DNA from: Podarcis liolepis | Lineage: Eukaryota | Reading direction: 5' to 3' (one strand) | NCBI GenBank assembly: GCA_965112155.1 | Contig: OZ218103.1 | DNA: 64,000 nt | Part shown: one piece after another, positions 38,744 through 52,223 of the stretch | Layout: every line of letters begins with the position of its first letter | Position numbering within the stretch: the first letter of the stretch is position 1 | Notes under the pieces: model-generated | Told to the model about the DNA's origin: nothing | The model's database searches: none | What the model saw: only the letters and a program-made list of their open reading frames with translations | Program-made: the position numbers and the translations under genes

Positions 38744-40052
38744 CTGGGATGGTATCTGTGCTGATTCAGACGAAGACATATTTATCTGACCGGACACATT
38801 CTTTTCTAAAGAATCTATTTTTTCGTAGGTTCTCTTCTGCCTCACAGTGTCTTGCTGTACTGCTGGATCATTTGAGAGGCTCCCTCTACTGTCCATTCGA
38901 GGTCTGTATAATGACCTGTTACTAGAAGTCACATCATCTCTTGAGCTCCTGCTATTACATTTTTTCAAGCGCTCCGACTGAAACTTAATTTTGTTACCCT
39001 CTGGCAAACTAGCATTTTCCAGCATTTCTGCATCTAAGCTACCTTTACTTCCTCTGCAGGCTGCTGATCGATTCACCACAGCACGCATTTCTGCAATCAA
39101 CTTGTCATTCAGAGCACTGAGTTCACTGTTGCTGCCCACAGAGCCAGGTCTTCCCTGGCCAGGAGCCTGTCGCCTTCCTTTTCTCTTTCTCAGGCTTGGA
39201 GAAGGTCCTGTTGAATAGCCAGAGTCTTGCTGACTTATAACTGTAGGATACTCTTGAACCTGAAGACTGTTTTGCCGACTGTGGTGGGCCTCCATATTTT
39301 TGAGAACGTTTGCCTCCAAGATTTTCCAAGAGTGTTTGAAGCTGTCCCTGGAACTAAGCTGCCCTAGCTGTGGTTTAGCAACGCCATCAACTATCACACC
39401 TGTAGAGTTAGGATTTCTGGATGATTGGTCAACATTGACCATATGTTTAATATACTCTCTTCCAACAGGGCTGTACTCTGTTGCAGATGGATTTCTCACA
39501 TGCTTTTTTCCAGCTTGGTGCTGCTGCATACTTGGATGCTGTAATAATTTAACTGGTTGGGGTTTCTTATTTAAGCTGTTGCTTGGCGACATTTGTGGAG
39601 TTGTCCCATTCACATTTACACTCCCAGTGTCCATATCTACAGGGGGCTCATCATAAATTGGGGAATCAATAGATGGCTCATCATATATTGGTGCTGGAGA
39701 AGCATACTTGGGAGATGAAGGCTGTGGTGTTTGCGTCTGACTTCCTGAAGGACTACTGAGCCCATTAGTTAACACTAGACAAAACCCTCCATTCTCTGTC
39801 TTCTTAATCTGCATTGACTGTTTTGTTTCTGCTGAAGCTCCTGGTTTCTGCATTGCTGGATTTGGGGTTATAGCCTGAGGTTGGGCATATATAACTTGTT
39901 TTGCATGCAGAGATTTCTGGCTGCTGGTTTCTGCGCTGTTCTGCATCTGAAGCGAATTGCTCGAGGTGGAATTAACTTGTCTCAGGCTGTTGACTTTGAC
40001 CAGCATGGCTGCTTTAGTCCCTGGTAAAGGCTGCCACCGGGTAGGGGTGTCT
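38744..40052 (-). CDS. ARHGAP39-like large exon: S/P/Q-rich linker
   Basis: 1309-nt open exon, ccccatacag|A GAC ACC... to ...TCC CAG|gtattc. Motifs AAMLVKV, PIYDEPP and EYSPVGREYIKHMVNVDQ parallel the ARHGAP39 long exon. Confidence 0.92.
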
Positions 40053-41394
40053 CTGTATGGGGAAAATAAAACATTTAGGAAAATAAAGCAAAAAATGCAA
40101 TACTACCTTCAAGTGTAAAATACAGTCAAAAGTTTTATCCAAATATCCAACTGGACCTCCAGTGAAGAGGTTGGGTATGCATGCATCAGCCATGGAGGAG
40201 GATGGTATGTCCATGGAATGATATGTGGGCAGAGATCTACTGCTGGTGGTGCTTCTGCCAGGAGTAGGCCCCCAAACTGCATTTCTGAGATGTTTTGGTG
40301 AGTGGCCTTGAACCAAATGGCTTCAAAGATCCTTATTTGCTCTGAGAGGCCCTAGGATTGAGAGGCCTATCATCTATGCTAGCCTGGAGGTTAATCCTGC
40401 TCCCCAGGATACAACACACTTAGTATTGTTCTGTCCACAATTATTGTATTAGGAACAACTTCCATATCCAACCATTGTGCAGGCATTTCCTTTGTTTCTA
40501 TCGGAGCTATTCAAGTTAGTAATGGAGAAATAATAAATCATACCTGCAACAGGAAAATGCTGCTCTCAGGGAGTCTGTCCCCTATCCCTTGGACAAGCCC
40601 TCCCCTGTTTAACTCCATAGGACACCGGACATTTATTTTTCAACATCCAAACACTGCATATGGTCTCTAAAGTGCTACTTTTCAGATGTAAGTAAAGATC
40701 ATATTTTTGTTGTCTGCTGATTTCTGTTGAGTCAATAGGCTGGATTCAACTACCCCTTTTCCGCTAGCAGAAGCCAATATAAAGATGCCCACTAGCGTAA
40801 CTGGGCTTTCCTGCCCAAATCCACTCTGGAGGATAGGGGAAACCCACAGAACAGTGCATTTGGTGGGGTGGAGAAGGGCAAACAGAAATGCTTGTGCTGA
40901 CATAATGATTGGCTTAGGTGCACTCCACTGATTTCCACCCACATAATTTGCATATATTCAGAGTTGCCTTTAAAGTTCCTGGAACTGAATGTGTCACTCC
41001 CCAAGGGCAAATGCCAGGGTGACATTTCTATAAGTTTTGAAAGGAGGAGGAAAACAAATGAAACAAAAAGTAGAAATAGCAACCATTTAAATGCTATCAT
41101 GCCTCATCGCTACAGAGGATCTGGCTGCTTTCTCATATTGTGGGATTATTCTTGCTTATGAGAAGGTTTTTTATGCTGTTCCTCCCAGAATAGTAAATAA
41201 ATGAGTTCTCTTTCAAATGAGTCGGGATCCGATCCAGGTCCATATGCAGTTCCACACTACTAGTATGAACTCCAGAAAATCACGTGTTGTAACAGTTATG
41301 CAACTCATCACCAATTTATTTGCCCAGGCAATTAGCACTTGCCCATCTTCTCACCAAATCCAGAGAATTGCATTACAACCCCCAAATTCCTAAA

Positions 41395-41670
41395 TTGTAG
41401 GGATGGCTGTCAACTTGGATGGCTTAAAAGAGGATTAGACAAATTCATGGTGAATAAGGCTACCATGAAGGATAATGGCTACTGATATGTTTTACCTCCA
41501 CAGTTGGGAGCAACATGAATACTAGCTGATAGTAATCATAAGTGACACCAGTGGTGTTGTATGAAGGTTTCTGCTTGAAGGCTTCCCATAGGCATCTGGT
41601 TAGACATTGTGAGAGCAGGATGCTGGACTAGATGTTGGTTTGATCCAACGGCACTCTTATCTTCTTATGA
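41395..41670 (+). mobile_element. CR1-type LINE 3' end
   Basis: caacttggatggcttaaaagaggattagacaaattcatgg...caggatgctggactagatg...ctcttatcttcttatg tail. Confidence 0.7.
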
Positions 41671-41818
41671 GACAGAAAGAGTAAGAGGAGGACAAAGACT
41701 GGCATCTCAATAGATACTTCTGCTGTTATTTTCCAAGTGGAGGAAACAAAACAGCATTCTCTCTATCTTGTTAAGAATACAGAGTCCAGAGTGACAAGAC
41801 TAGCATTTCAGGGAAATA

Positions 41819-42044
41819 CAGTGGTATCTCGGGTTAAGAACTTAATTGGTTCCAGAGGTCCGTTCTTAACCTGAAACTGTTCTTAACCTGAAGCACCACT
41901 TTAGCTAATGGGGCCTCCCGCTGCCGCTGCACCACCAGAGCACGATTTCTGTTCTCATCCTGAAGCAATGTTCTTAACCCAAGGTACTATTTCTGGGTTA
42001 GCAGAGTCTGTAACCTGAAGCGTATGTAACCCGAGGTACCACTG
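41819..42044. mobile_element. MITE family B1
   Basis: Same TIRs and body as 20767-20992, TA flanks. Confidence 0.9.
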
Positions 42045-42046
42045 TA

Positions 42047-42238
42047 CAATGGAACCTTGTGTTACGTACCGTCCTCTTTGCGAACACTTCGGGTTACGAG
42101 CTCCCGGCTGCAAACTTTCCCCAGGGATGCGAGTAGATGGGAGGCACCATTAGCGAAAGCGCACCTCGGGTTATGAACGGTTTGGGCTTAAGAACAGACC
42201 TCCGGAATGAATTAAATTCATAACTGGAGGTACCACTG
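42047..42238. mobile_element. MITE family B2, abutting the B1 copy through a shared TA
   Basis: CAATGGAACCTTGTGTTACGTACCGTCCTC...GGAGGTACCACTG|TA; homologous to 11435-11669. Confidence 0.85.
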
Positions 42239-44622
42239 TACAGCACTGTTATATGACAGCTGGGGTGGGGACATAATCTGGGCAGGTGAGCAGAGCAGGT
42301 GACAGGCAGAACACTTGTTTGCAAATATCAGATGGCATCAACTGAAGCTAATGAACAGTTTCCTTCTATTTCCTATTACCAAACAGTTACCAATACAAGA
42401 GCCAGCACGACCAGGAAGTCTATTCTTCAAGTTTTGCCTATGTGAAAGCTTTATTCCGAATTCATCGGTCCACAGCATGAAATGCAGTCTGGTTAACCTA
42501 CATAATGTTTTCATTTCTGTTTCCTGTTAATTATAGCTTTTGTGTGGTTGCTTAGGCCTCATGGTTGTAGTCTTGAGTTAAGCTACCTGCAGTAAGACTC
42601 ACCACAGATTAACCAAACTATATCATATATACTAGGAGCAAACTCAATTATCCAAGTGCCGTTCCACGGCACCACCCACCCACAAAATATTCCAAAACAG
42701 TCCAACAAGGGCGTAGCATGCTCAGTGGTGATGGAATGCTGGCTGGCTGTTGTGGGGGGAGGGAATAGAGTAGTTGGGCAACACTTCACACTGCAACATC
42801 TTATTGCAGATTGCACTTGTAAATATGTAACACTAACCCCCCCCATCAGTTGTCTGCCCAACCAAGCAGGGGTTGCTCATACAAAGTTTACTGGAACTTA
42901 TGCCAGACTCAAAGTGGGTCAAATCTATCTGGATGAAGATTGAGTAAGTTAATGAATTAATTGCATCAGTTAGTTAACCAAGTGGTCTTTTGATGAAGCA
43001 GCAGAGTTTAAATTTGGTTAAATACCTGGTGCATTTTATTATATATTACTTTTTGTATAAAGTACTGAGGGAACAATACTTGGAACAAATTTTTGGGAGG
43101 TATGTGGAGAGGTCCTTCCAAGAGACTATAAACTTTCTGCTCTGTAGCCAAGACAGACACGTTACTGTAAAGACTGCATGTTTTTTAACCCTAGTAATTG
43201 ATGATAGAAGAATTTTTTTAAAGGAGAATACTGTGTCTTCCCAGAGATATTCAGAATTTTAAGTTTCTTACTGTTTTTATTTTATTCAGATTTGTGTAAC
43301 TTTGATTTATTTGAACATGTGTTAAAATAGGGACCACTTTTTCATGGTAAACACTGATTTGCCTGTGAATTTTAGAATCTTACATTTGTTTATGTTGCAC
43401 AATATATATATTTTTATTTGGAACTCTCTCAATTTTGTTTACCTTGACTTGTGTTACTTTCATATGGCTATGTACTTCTCTTTGTTAAACCCTCTTGCTT
43501 TGTGATGGTCTGATGACAAATGAATCCAAATGGCAGTGGCAGAGAGAGTTGGGTAGTTAGAACAAATGGTCAGGAAACCCAATGAATTTAATCCCCAGTT
43601 CTGCTCTTCAGAAGAATTAGCAGCAATCACAACAGAGAACAGTTAATTTGATGACTCCCCAAAAGTATTTTTAGCTTGTCTTCAGAAAAGGAAATATTTT
43701 TATTTCACAACAAAGAAACAAAGGGAAACACACAGGGCTGCATCCTGCATTTGATAGGATACAAGCGAGCAAAATATCCTTAATATAAACTGGCATGGCA
43801 AATACGACTGCACCAAGTTTGCTCAGGAAAAGCTTATGGAGATGCAAGAGCCACTGTTTCCAACCCCCCCCCCCCAAAGTTGTAACTCAAAAGCATATTT
43901 ACCAATGGCTCAAAATACATTTGAAGAACACAAAGTTGAGAAAGATCTAGTATAATCACACTTACAATCTAACTAGACTTGACACATCTCTCCCCCCTTC
44001 CCTCAACAAAGATTTATGACTGAATTTTATTAGCATTTAGAACAGCCATGCTGGATGCCATATTGAATTTTCAGCAAAACTCTCACCGTGCTCAAGATTT
44101 GCACAGAGAAATAGTAAAACCTAAAAGGTGGGTGAACCATTGCTGGGTGAGAGAGATTCTGTCACAACATCTCCACAAACTGTCACCTGAATCCTCTCAT
44201 TGCACAAAGAGGCGTGGTTCACTTAATACACAAACTAGTCCTCAGGAAAAAAACTTGCATGTGGATTAAGTCCAGTCATTTTGGATATTGAGCGTGATGG
44301 TGAAGCGCAATATAAATTACTACAGCAAATAAGTAAATAAAACAAACTGGGATGTATCAAGTAAAGGCATTGCACTCACAAAACTCCTGCACATGCAATC
44401 AAACTTTCCCTTCCTCTCCTCCACTTCCCTAAATCTGCTCTTGGGGTCCTCCTAACCCTCCAGAGCAGATCTGAGGGGCACACAGGGAAAGGAGAAGTAG
44501 GGAAAGTTTAATCGGAAGTCATTTTTCAAGTCCAATATTTCATTGGCTTCCACCCATTACATCTGACACAGCCATACTGTTGATGATGAATTTTTTAAAA
44601 CAACTTTAGAGTGTATATTTTA

Positions 44623-44873
44623 CAGTGGTACCTCAGGTTACAGACGCTTCAGGTTACAGACACTTCAGTTACAGGTTACAGACTCCGCTAACCCGGAAAT
44701 AGTACCTCGGGTTAAGAACTTTGCTTCAGGATGAGAACAGAAATCGCGCAACAGCGGTGCGGCGGCAGCAGCAGAAGGCCCCATTAGCCAAAGTGGTGCT
44801 TCAGGTTAAGAACAGTTTCAGGTTAAGAACAGACCTCCAGAACGAATTAAGTTCTTAACCTGAGGTACCACTG
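44623..44873. mobile_element. MITE family B1, reverse orientation
   Basis: Body is the reverse complement of the 20767, 41819 and 45287 copies; TA flanks. Confidence 0.9.
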
Positions 44874-45286
44874 TACACTGCTGGAACATTTGAGGACTGA
44901 GAGCCTCTTAACATTTCTACTCCCACAGTTCCTCCTTCATCTACCATCAGAGCCTAAGGCTGTGAGGAGAGATAGTAATATAGCAGCAGCAGCAGCCACC
45001 GCCCAATGCGGAAGCCTTGGTCTGTGAGGGACTAATTAATACCTGGTTGCTGCAACAGTCAGTTCTAGGCCAGGAGTTCCAGCTGCAGAGTGCCACGTTG
45101 CAACAACAGAGAACTGGTGGGGGAGGGAGGGAGATTTCTATACACCTTTGCTCAGCTCTAGAAAACATTCTTCCATTGTCCTTTTTATTGTGTTTTAAAT
45201 ATATTCTAAGCTGCCTCGAGAGCTTCAGCTATCCGCCTTGGTAGCTCAGTTGGTAGAGCAAAAGACTCTAAGGAGCAGTAGAAGTA

Positions 45287-45503
45287 CAGTGGTTCCTCGG
45301 GTTAAGTACTTAATTCGTTCCGGAGGTCCGTACTTAACCTGAAACTGTTTTTAACCTGAAGCACCACTTTAGATAATGGGGCCTCCTGCTGCTGCCGTGC
45401 CCCAAAGCACGATTTCTGTTCTCATCCTGAAGCAAAGTTCTTAACCTGAACCTGGGTTAGCGGAGTCTGTAACCTGAAGCGTATGTAACCCGAGGTACCA
45501 CTG
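45287..45503. mobile_element. MITE family B1
   Basis: Same TIRs and body with a small internal deletion; TA flanks. Confidence 0.9.
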
Positions 45504-47982
45504 TACTCCAGAAGGCAGACAGGCAGGCAATGTCAGGATTCCCCACCCCCACCCTGACATCTTCGGACAAGGGCATTTCTCAAGTTTGTCCTGTGCAACC
45601 CTGTGAATTAGCATACTACTTTGTAATGGCAAAGCTACAGCACTGTTGGTGCAAAAGACTGGCCTTAAAAACACACACACAAAAAAACAACCGCACAAGT
45701 GTGCAAACGTCAAGATTACGCCCTAAGAAATGAATGCAGCTAGTGCAAAGCCTGCTATTCCACCTCTCTATTTTAAGCACCACTTTCTTCCTCCTCTATG
45801 AAAGCTGGTCTCAAGGCAAGCTCTTCCACCTGCCACGTTGTTGAAACCTGAGAACTCTCCATGTAACAGACTGATAGGTTAGAACAGATGCGTCTCAACA
45901 CCACCAGGGGGAAAGGCTGCCAGCTTGCATAATTCTTTTAGGCTTTGCCAGCTTTCGTTTAGAAAAATAGCCTCATAGGTGCCAACTCTATACGTGTGTC
46001 AAAAATGCAAACGGGCTTGCATTCTGCACAGTTTTCAACAGGTGTTATATCCTTTTTGTGCAGTTGTCTTTGTCTATATCAGCCAACGATTAAAAAACGT
46101 CATCGGCAGCTGTTCATATGGGATTATGTGAACTTATGGCTTTATAATATTTTGTCTGCACTTCTGTCTCAGTTCTGCCTCACAGAAATTCTGTGTCATC
46201 AGATTTGTTTTATTTTTCTTCAAGCAAGCAGACCCTAGTATTCTCGGGCTCATGCAATAGCTGGGAGATTTAAGAGGGGCCCTGCTAACTAATCCAAATC
46301 TGCCATGGAGCAGGGAAGAAGATTTTTAAAGAGACAGAAATTCATTGGGGAAGGAGGTGAGAAATGGAGTTTAGCTGTTAGGTTTGGGATCCAAAGAAGA
46401 AGGGAGACTAAAAGTGCTCTCACTACCTGAAAAACTCTCAGCTTCATACACAAATTAACAGTTGGAAGAAGAGCAATCAGTAGCAAAAGCTCACCTTATT
46501 GCTCCAAAACACCCGCTCAGAACATGGAGAAATATCACCATGGAAATGATTAACCTTGTAGACTTAGTTTTAGCAAACAAACCCTTTTTTCAAATACAAT
46601 CATATGTCTGACTAGTCAGTGAATGTAATACCATTTTTATGAGGACCAGCCAAGGTTTCAAAATGCAGTTTGCAAAGCTTTATTTTATTTGTCTAACATG
46701 TACATCTTTATTGGAACTGTTTATTTTAAAGTCAGTGTACAGTTTTCACCCCCACCGTATCCCCGTATACATACTGGCACCAAATTTCGGTAAGGACTCC
46801 CCCAGCTCTGGGAGGGGGAAGGGGGGTACAATGTAAGCCTTCACATCTAGAGACTGGGAAGGAGATAAACCTACACAGCCCATTTCTATTTCATTGTTGA
46901 TTTTTTGCATGGCCAAAAGTAAATAAAAATCGGAAGAGGACCAAGTTTTTTTGTTTTGTTTTAAGGCGCAAGATACAGAAAAGACACTTGTTGGGTTACA
47001 TTTGGGAGGGGGAAGGTTTCTAAGCTTGCAAAGCTTTTGATTTCCATAGAGATATTTATCAGGCTGAGGTTAATGTTGTATTTAGATTTGTCAGGGAAGG
47101 ACACAGACTGGTTTTTGTGTTTTCAAAAGGAGCCATGTCCATTTCTGCTTAGTCCCAGTGGGCTTTGGGCGACTTTAGCAGGCGGACTAGTCTTAACTTA
47201 ATCATATCTGTGAATATTTCCACCATTCTAAAGATGGCAGGGGTGGGGAGGGGGAACCAAAGCAAAATAGCAATAAGGATAAGCTGGACTTTATATCATA
47301 CCAGAAACACCTACTTTTCCCCACACCCATCTACTTATCTACACACACACAGAGAGAGAGAGAGAGAGAAAGAGAAAGAGAGAGGGATAACTATCTTACC
47401 TAAATAAGAATTCTGAATAACTTAAAAGCTCATATATGCATTTTGATCTGCAAGTTAGTCATAATACAAACACAAAGTAGCATCCTACCATTTTTGTGGT
47501 TTTTGAATTAGCATGTAGTCACTGCTATAAAATAATTTTAAAGTTTTATTTTATTTGCCACACCAGCCAAAAATGTGCTGCTAAACATTTGTTTTGGCAT
47601 GAAACCATCTGTCCATTTAAAATTCTGCATAGGGTACAGTTGCCGGTTTCTTCCCAATTATCTTCCATACTGGCATTTTAAGTGATTGCATAACAATATG
47701 ACCATCTTTTAGTTTTTAGGGCAGGGAGAGTATTTACTTTGCCACTGTCCCTTGGAAAAAAACATACAAATGCCTATGTGCTCAGCAGATGTGATCCCAA
47801 GGCTGAAAACACAGTTTTAAAGGTGTCAATTTCTTTCCGAAAACAGTGTTTTCAGGTGAGTGTGGTTTGAAAAACCCCAGTTCCCACTGAGCTCCCCATA
47901 GGTGTGGATGGGATCAACTTTTTTTTAGCACAATCTACACTTCATTATGCACAGTTCCATGTTCCAGGAGCAGGCTGGGCTG

Positions 47983-48018
47983 GGCTAATAAGGCTAATAA
48001 GGCTATTAGGCTAATAAG
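47983..48018 (+). repeat. (GGCTAATAA)4 minisatellite, one variant unit
   Basis: ggctaataa ggctaataa ggctatta ggctaataa. Confidence 0.85.
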
Positions 48019-50394
48019 GCCATTATATTTTGTAATTCCTCAATTTTCCATTTGAGACCTTGGGCCTGTCACTCTTAGGGAAATCCAGGTATGCCATTTT
48101 TGACCCAGGGAAGAGTAAATAAGGCATTAAAAAAAACCCTGAAGACTGTCTCTGTAAGCATTTTAAAATGTTATGTGTGGAAATGGGCTAATACAAAGTC
48201 TAATACACATAGCAGAAGTATCATGTGTTGTGGATTGTTATCCTGAAGCAGTTTCATTTGGGAGATTTGCCTCTCCCCCCCCCCCCCAAATATACCAAAC
48301 ACATGCATAATGCTCAAATCCTTCTTTTTGGGACATGTTGGTTTGCTGAAGTGCCAGCAGTGAAGAAAGTCTACTTGGCTGGACCATGTTATTATAGAAT
48401 CCAATGTGAGAGAATGGTATAATCCTCTTAGCAAAACATTCACAAAGGTGAGTGGGGTTGAAGGTGGTGCAGTCCAAACAAACCAGGGATAAGCCAGGAA
48501 AACTCACTTTAGGTTCAAAACATGATCTAAAAGCAAGGTTAGGCAATAGTCCAAGGTCATTGCCACAGGGATCCCAGCCAAGGTGCAGCTCAGCAAGGAG
48601 GGGAGAATGGGTTTGGGACCAAGGAGCCAGAAATCTCTATTGTTTCCAGCAACTGAAAGGCAACTCAAGAGGATTCTCAGCACTGGTTCCAGGGGACCTT
48701 GTCTGAGCCTCAAAGTCCTTGACCTGCAAAGTGGCTAGTTTGTCCTCTGACGATTCTGTTTGACGCCATGTCAGAGCTAAGCATTACAGAACGTTTCCCA
48801 AATGTCACAACTGCTTTTGGGTACTAATCGTAAAATGTGCCTTCTCTTTTCTAAAATGGGTAAAGAATATTTTCTGATCCGTCATGAAAGAGCCTTTCAC
48901 AGCTTTGTCCCTCTTGGTCACCAACAGCGAATTTATCAGATTTCTGAACTATGATTACATCACTCGTGATTTTGTCATAGCCAAGGCCAGGAGAAACACC
49001 TGGCAATTGGTATTCAGTTGCATATTGTCTCTGAACGTGGAGGTTCTGGTTAGCTAGCAGGGCTAACAGTCCTTGATAGAACTATATAACTTTGATTTAA
49101 ATCACTGGGTGGCATTCAAATAATAGTCACACCAGCACAAAGATTAGTGCTAATGCAATGGGATTCCCCTGCTTTCCTTTCCCCCATGTGAGCTCTGTGC
49201 TGTCCCCAGATCTGCTCCCATGCATTGGGTGAAGTCCCAGAACATATTTTAGGGAGCACATGGGGGCAGTACATTCCATTGCACAAGGAGAAATCCTTGC
49301 ACTGACAGAACATTTTGCTCAGTGCTATGTTGAACAGAACCTATTGTCCCCTTGTGTTGGTCTGTACTCGGGATAAATTCCTTCTTTGTTGCCTTACGTG
49401 ATCCCCTCTCTTGCCTGCATAAAACAACAAATTTGATTTCGGGAGGCACAAAGAAAGGAATAAATCCTGATTGCAAGCAAGAGGGCTTCAGCAAGCCCTC
49501 TAGATTAAGGATGCAAGATCTGTAGGTTTCTTTACATATAAAACTTCAGAACAAATAGGATTCACATATAGGGATATTATCTTACAGGTAACAGAAAAAC
49601 TAATCATCAATAAAATACTCTTTATATATAATTAAACTGAGCTCTACATTATATACATTAAAATGCATGCTGGTAGTGTAATGATACTTGTAATAAAGAT
49701 TTTTTTGTGTCTATATGCCCTATAGTAGAGTTAAAAATTGTGACAACAGGGGAAGGTTTAAATATTGCTTAAAACTGGAGTAGATAGTGCTAGGGAAACA
49801 CCCTTGGCCAGAAGCAACAAACTTGTTTTCTTACAATGCAGTGTTACTTGCTACCAAAACCCACACTGGCAGTTGGCCAAGTCTGCGCAAGAAATAAATT
49901 CCATGATTTTTGGGCTGACTTATTGGGGAACAGAAAACTGTGAGCTACCTAAACAAATGAAATGCCACTTTGAGTTTCTTCAGCAAGTTGTTGACAAGTT
50001 TAAGCACTACAACTTCAAGCACGACTCTCAGTGCCTCCAGCACAACACTCCAGCAAGGCTTAGCCAGCAAAAGAAAGAATGGGCTGACAGCTGCAGCCTG
50101 AAGAAAGGATTTTGCCATTCCAAGTCCTGGCCAAAATCTGGAAACTCTGCTTACGGAATGTGATCTCACTTTTCAGAGAGTTATAGCATTGTCAATCCAC
50201 CAGAATGGAGGACAGAATAGGTTCAGACTAGAAACCATATACTTAGGGTGCGGGGACAAGACAACAGGGATGTCTGCTGCCTTCATGCCCTGCTTATGAA
50301 TCATTGAGTTGGATTCTCCTGGAAACAGAATACTGTACTGGACTCTACATTTTTGGGGGGCTTTCCATAGGGGCAGTTCTTAGCTAAAAAATTA

Positions 50395-50652
50395 CCGTAT
50401 TTTTCGCTCTATGACGCACCAGACCACAAGACGCACCTAGTTTTTGGAGGAGGAAAACAAGAAAAAAATATATTCTGAATCTCAGAAGCCCGAACAGCAA
50501 GAGGGATCGCTGCGCAGTGAAAGCAGCAATCCCTCTTGCTGTTCTGGCTTCTGGGATAGCTGCGCAGCCTGCATTCGCTCCATAAGACGCACACACATTT
50601 CCCCTTACTTTTTAGGAGGGGAAAAGTGAGTCTTATAGAGCAAAAAATACGG
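50395..50652. mobile_element. MITE group A, opposite orientation
   Basis: TA|CCGTATTTTTCGCTCTAT...ATAGAGCAAAAAATACGG|TA, with an internal hairpin at ~50482-50552. Confidence 0.88.
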
Positions 50653-50799
50653 TACTTGCCGAGTCCATTCTAAACACCTTACAAGGGCTTCAGGTACCAG
50701 TGTTCACAGGAAAAATGAAGGGAGGTTAATTACTTTATTCAATTTTTAGGCCTCATAATTAGCACTCAGGAAATAAGATCTGTCTGGGTAAAACCTGGA

Positions 50800-51200
50800 C
50801 AGGGGCATCTTATTCATAGAGGCTAGTGGTGCAGGGCGCCAAGTTCTGAAGGGTACCAGGGAAGAGGCGGAGGCTGGATGTGGCGCCTCCCAGCGTCAGC
50901 TCTCCACCCTTGCCTGCCTCCGCCATGCCACGCTGAAGCAGTGCTGCGCCCGGAGCCTCCGCCTGCCGTGGCCACCACGGCACAAAGCAGCCAGCTGAGC
51001 TGGGAGCCACCACGTCCAGCCTCCGCCTCTTCCCCACCGGAGGAGCTGCCCTCCAGCTGCTGCCCACCTCCTCCAGACCCGCAAAGCTGGGCGCGTTGCT
51101 GGCAGCGCCGTCCTCCCTAAAAAAGGTCGGCAACTCTGGGAAATGGGGGGCATGGAGGGATCTTTGCACCACGGCGCCCCATATGCTTAAGACGGCCCTG
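50800..51200. mobile_element. GC-rich hAT-like non-autonomous element
   Basis: Imperfect TIRs CAGGGGCATCTTA / TAAGACGGCCCTG and subterminal ggcgcc repeats. No clean 8-bp TSD. Confidence 0.5.
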
Positions 51201-52172
51201 TTTGTGGAAAACAGAACTTGGCATATTATCACATTTCTGGCCATTCTGCACATGTCCCTAGTGCTCTGCTCTCCATCAAATGATTTAGTGGACTTTGAAG
51301 GCAATGAACACAATTGTCATAGGCAGTTGGAAAGAGGCATGGATTGCATTCCAGGATATGATACTACGAAAATACTAGTGCCAGTTTATTATGTCTGAAC
51401 TGACTGTAAGCCAAATGAGTTGGAGTTCATCTAATCCTTATCCAGAAAGTAAGATGACTAAAAAGCTTTCAATATCAGCAAAATCAAGAATAACTTCCAA
51501 GTTGCTTTTGTGTTCACAGAAATCTTACAAAATAGAGGACAAATGAAACACAAACAACAATGAATGACAACACACAACAGACTAGAAATGTTTTGAAAAC
51601 ATTGCATGACGATTTCTGCAACTGCCCCAAGTTTTTCTAGACATAATTATTTTTACAAAATGATATTGTTATCACAATCCTTCATGGATATATTAACTTG
51701 TAAAGGCATAGATCACCCACTCTCAGGGGGACAATTTAAAGCTGCAATGCTACATACATGTAACTGTAGCCAAGCCTTGTCAAACACAATGGGGTTTATC
51801 TCTGAGTAAACATGCAAAGGAATGTGTTACACATCTCATGCCAACCTACAGCCTTTACCCGTTCTTCACACAACCATGCTAATCTCATGAAGAACAGAAC
51901 GGGGGGGGGGGATGCTCATTAATGTTAATGCATAAGAGATTATTTCAAGTCCTTTCTCTCAAATTCAAATTCAAAAACAAAAGCCTAGTTAAGCAACTGA
52001 ACTTCAACCTTTGCAGTTGCTCTCCAATGCTGTCTTTCCCATGCAAGCTACGTTCAGCAAAATTTCCTTCAAGTGATGGTTTTCTGACTATTGCTTATTA
52101 ATTTTGGATTTTACCACTTCCCCAAGGAGACCATTTCATGTCCCAATATTACCCTGACTGGGTGATTGATTG

Positions 52173-52174
<2 letters not shown>

Positions 52175-52223
<49 letters not shown>

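Noticed and set aside
38991-39656. Plus-strand ORFs (75 and 118 aa); similar cases at 36172, 34471, 30340 and 27468
   Set aside because: Antisense shadows of real RhoGAP exons.
50810-51398. 167-aa ORF and neighbours
   Set aside because: Overlap a GC-rich non-autonomous element; no recognisable protein or splice context.
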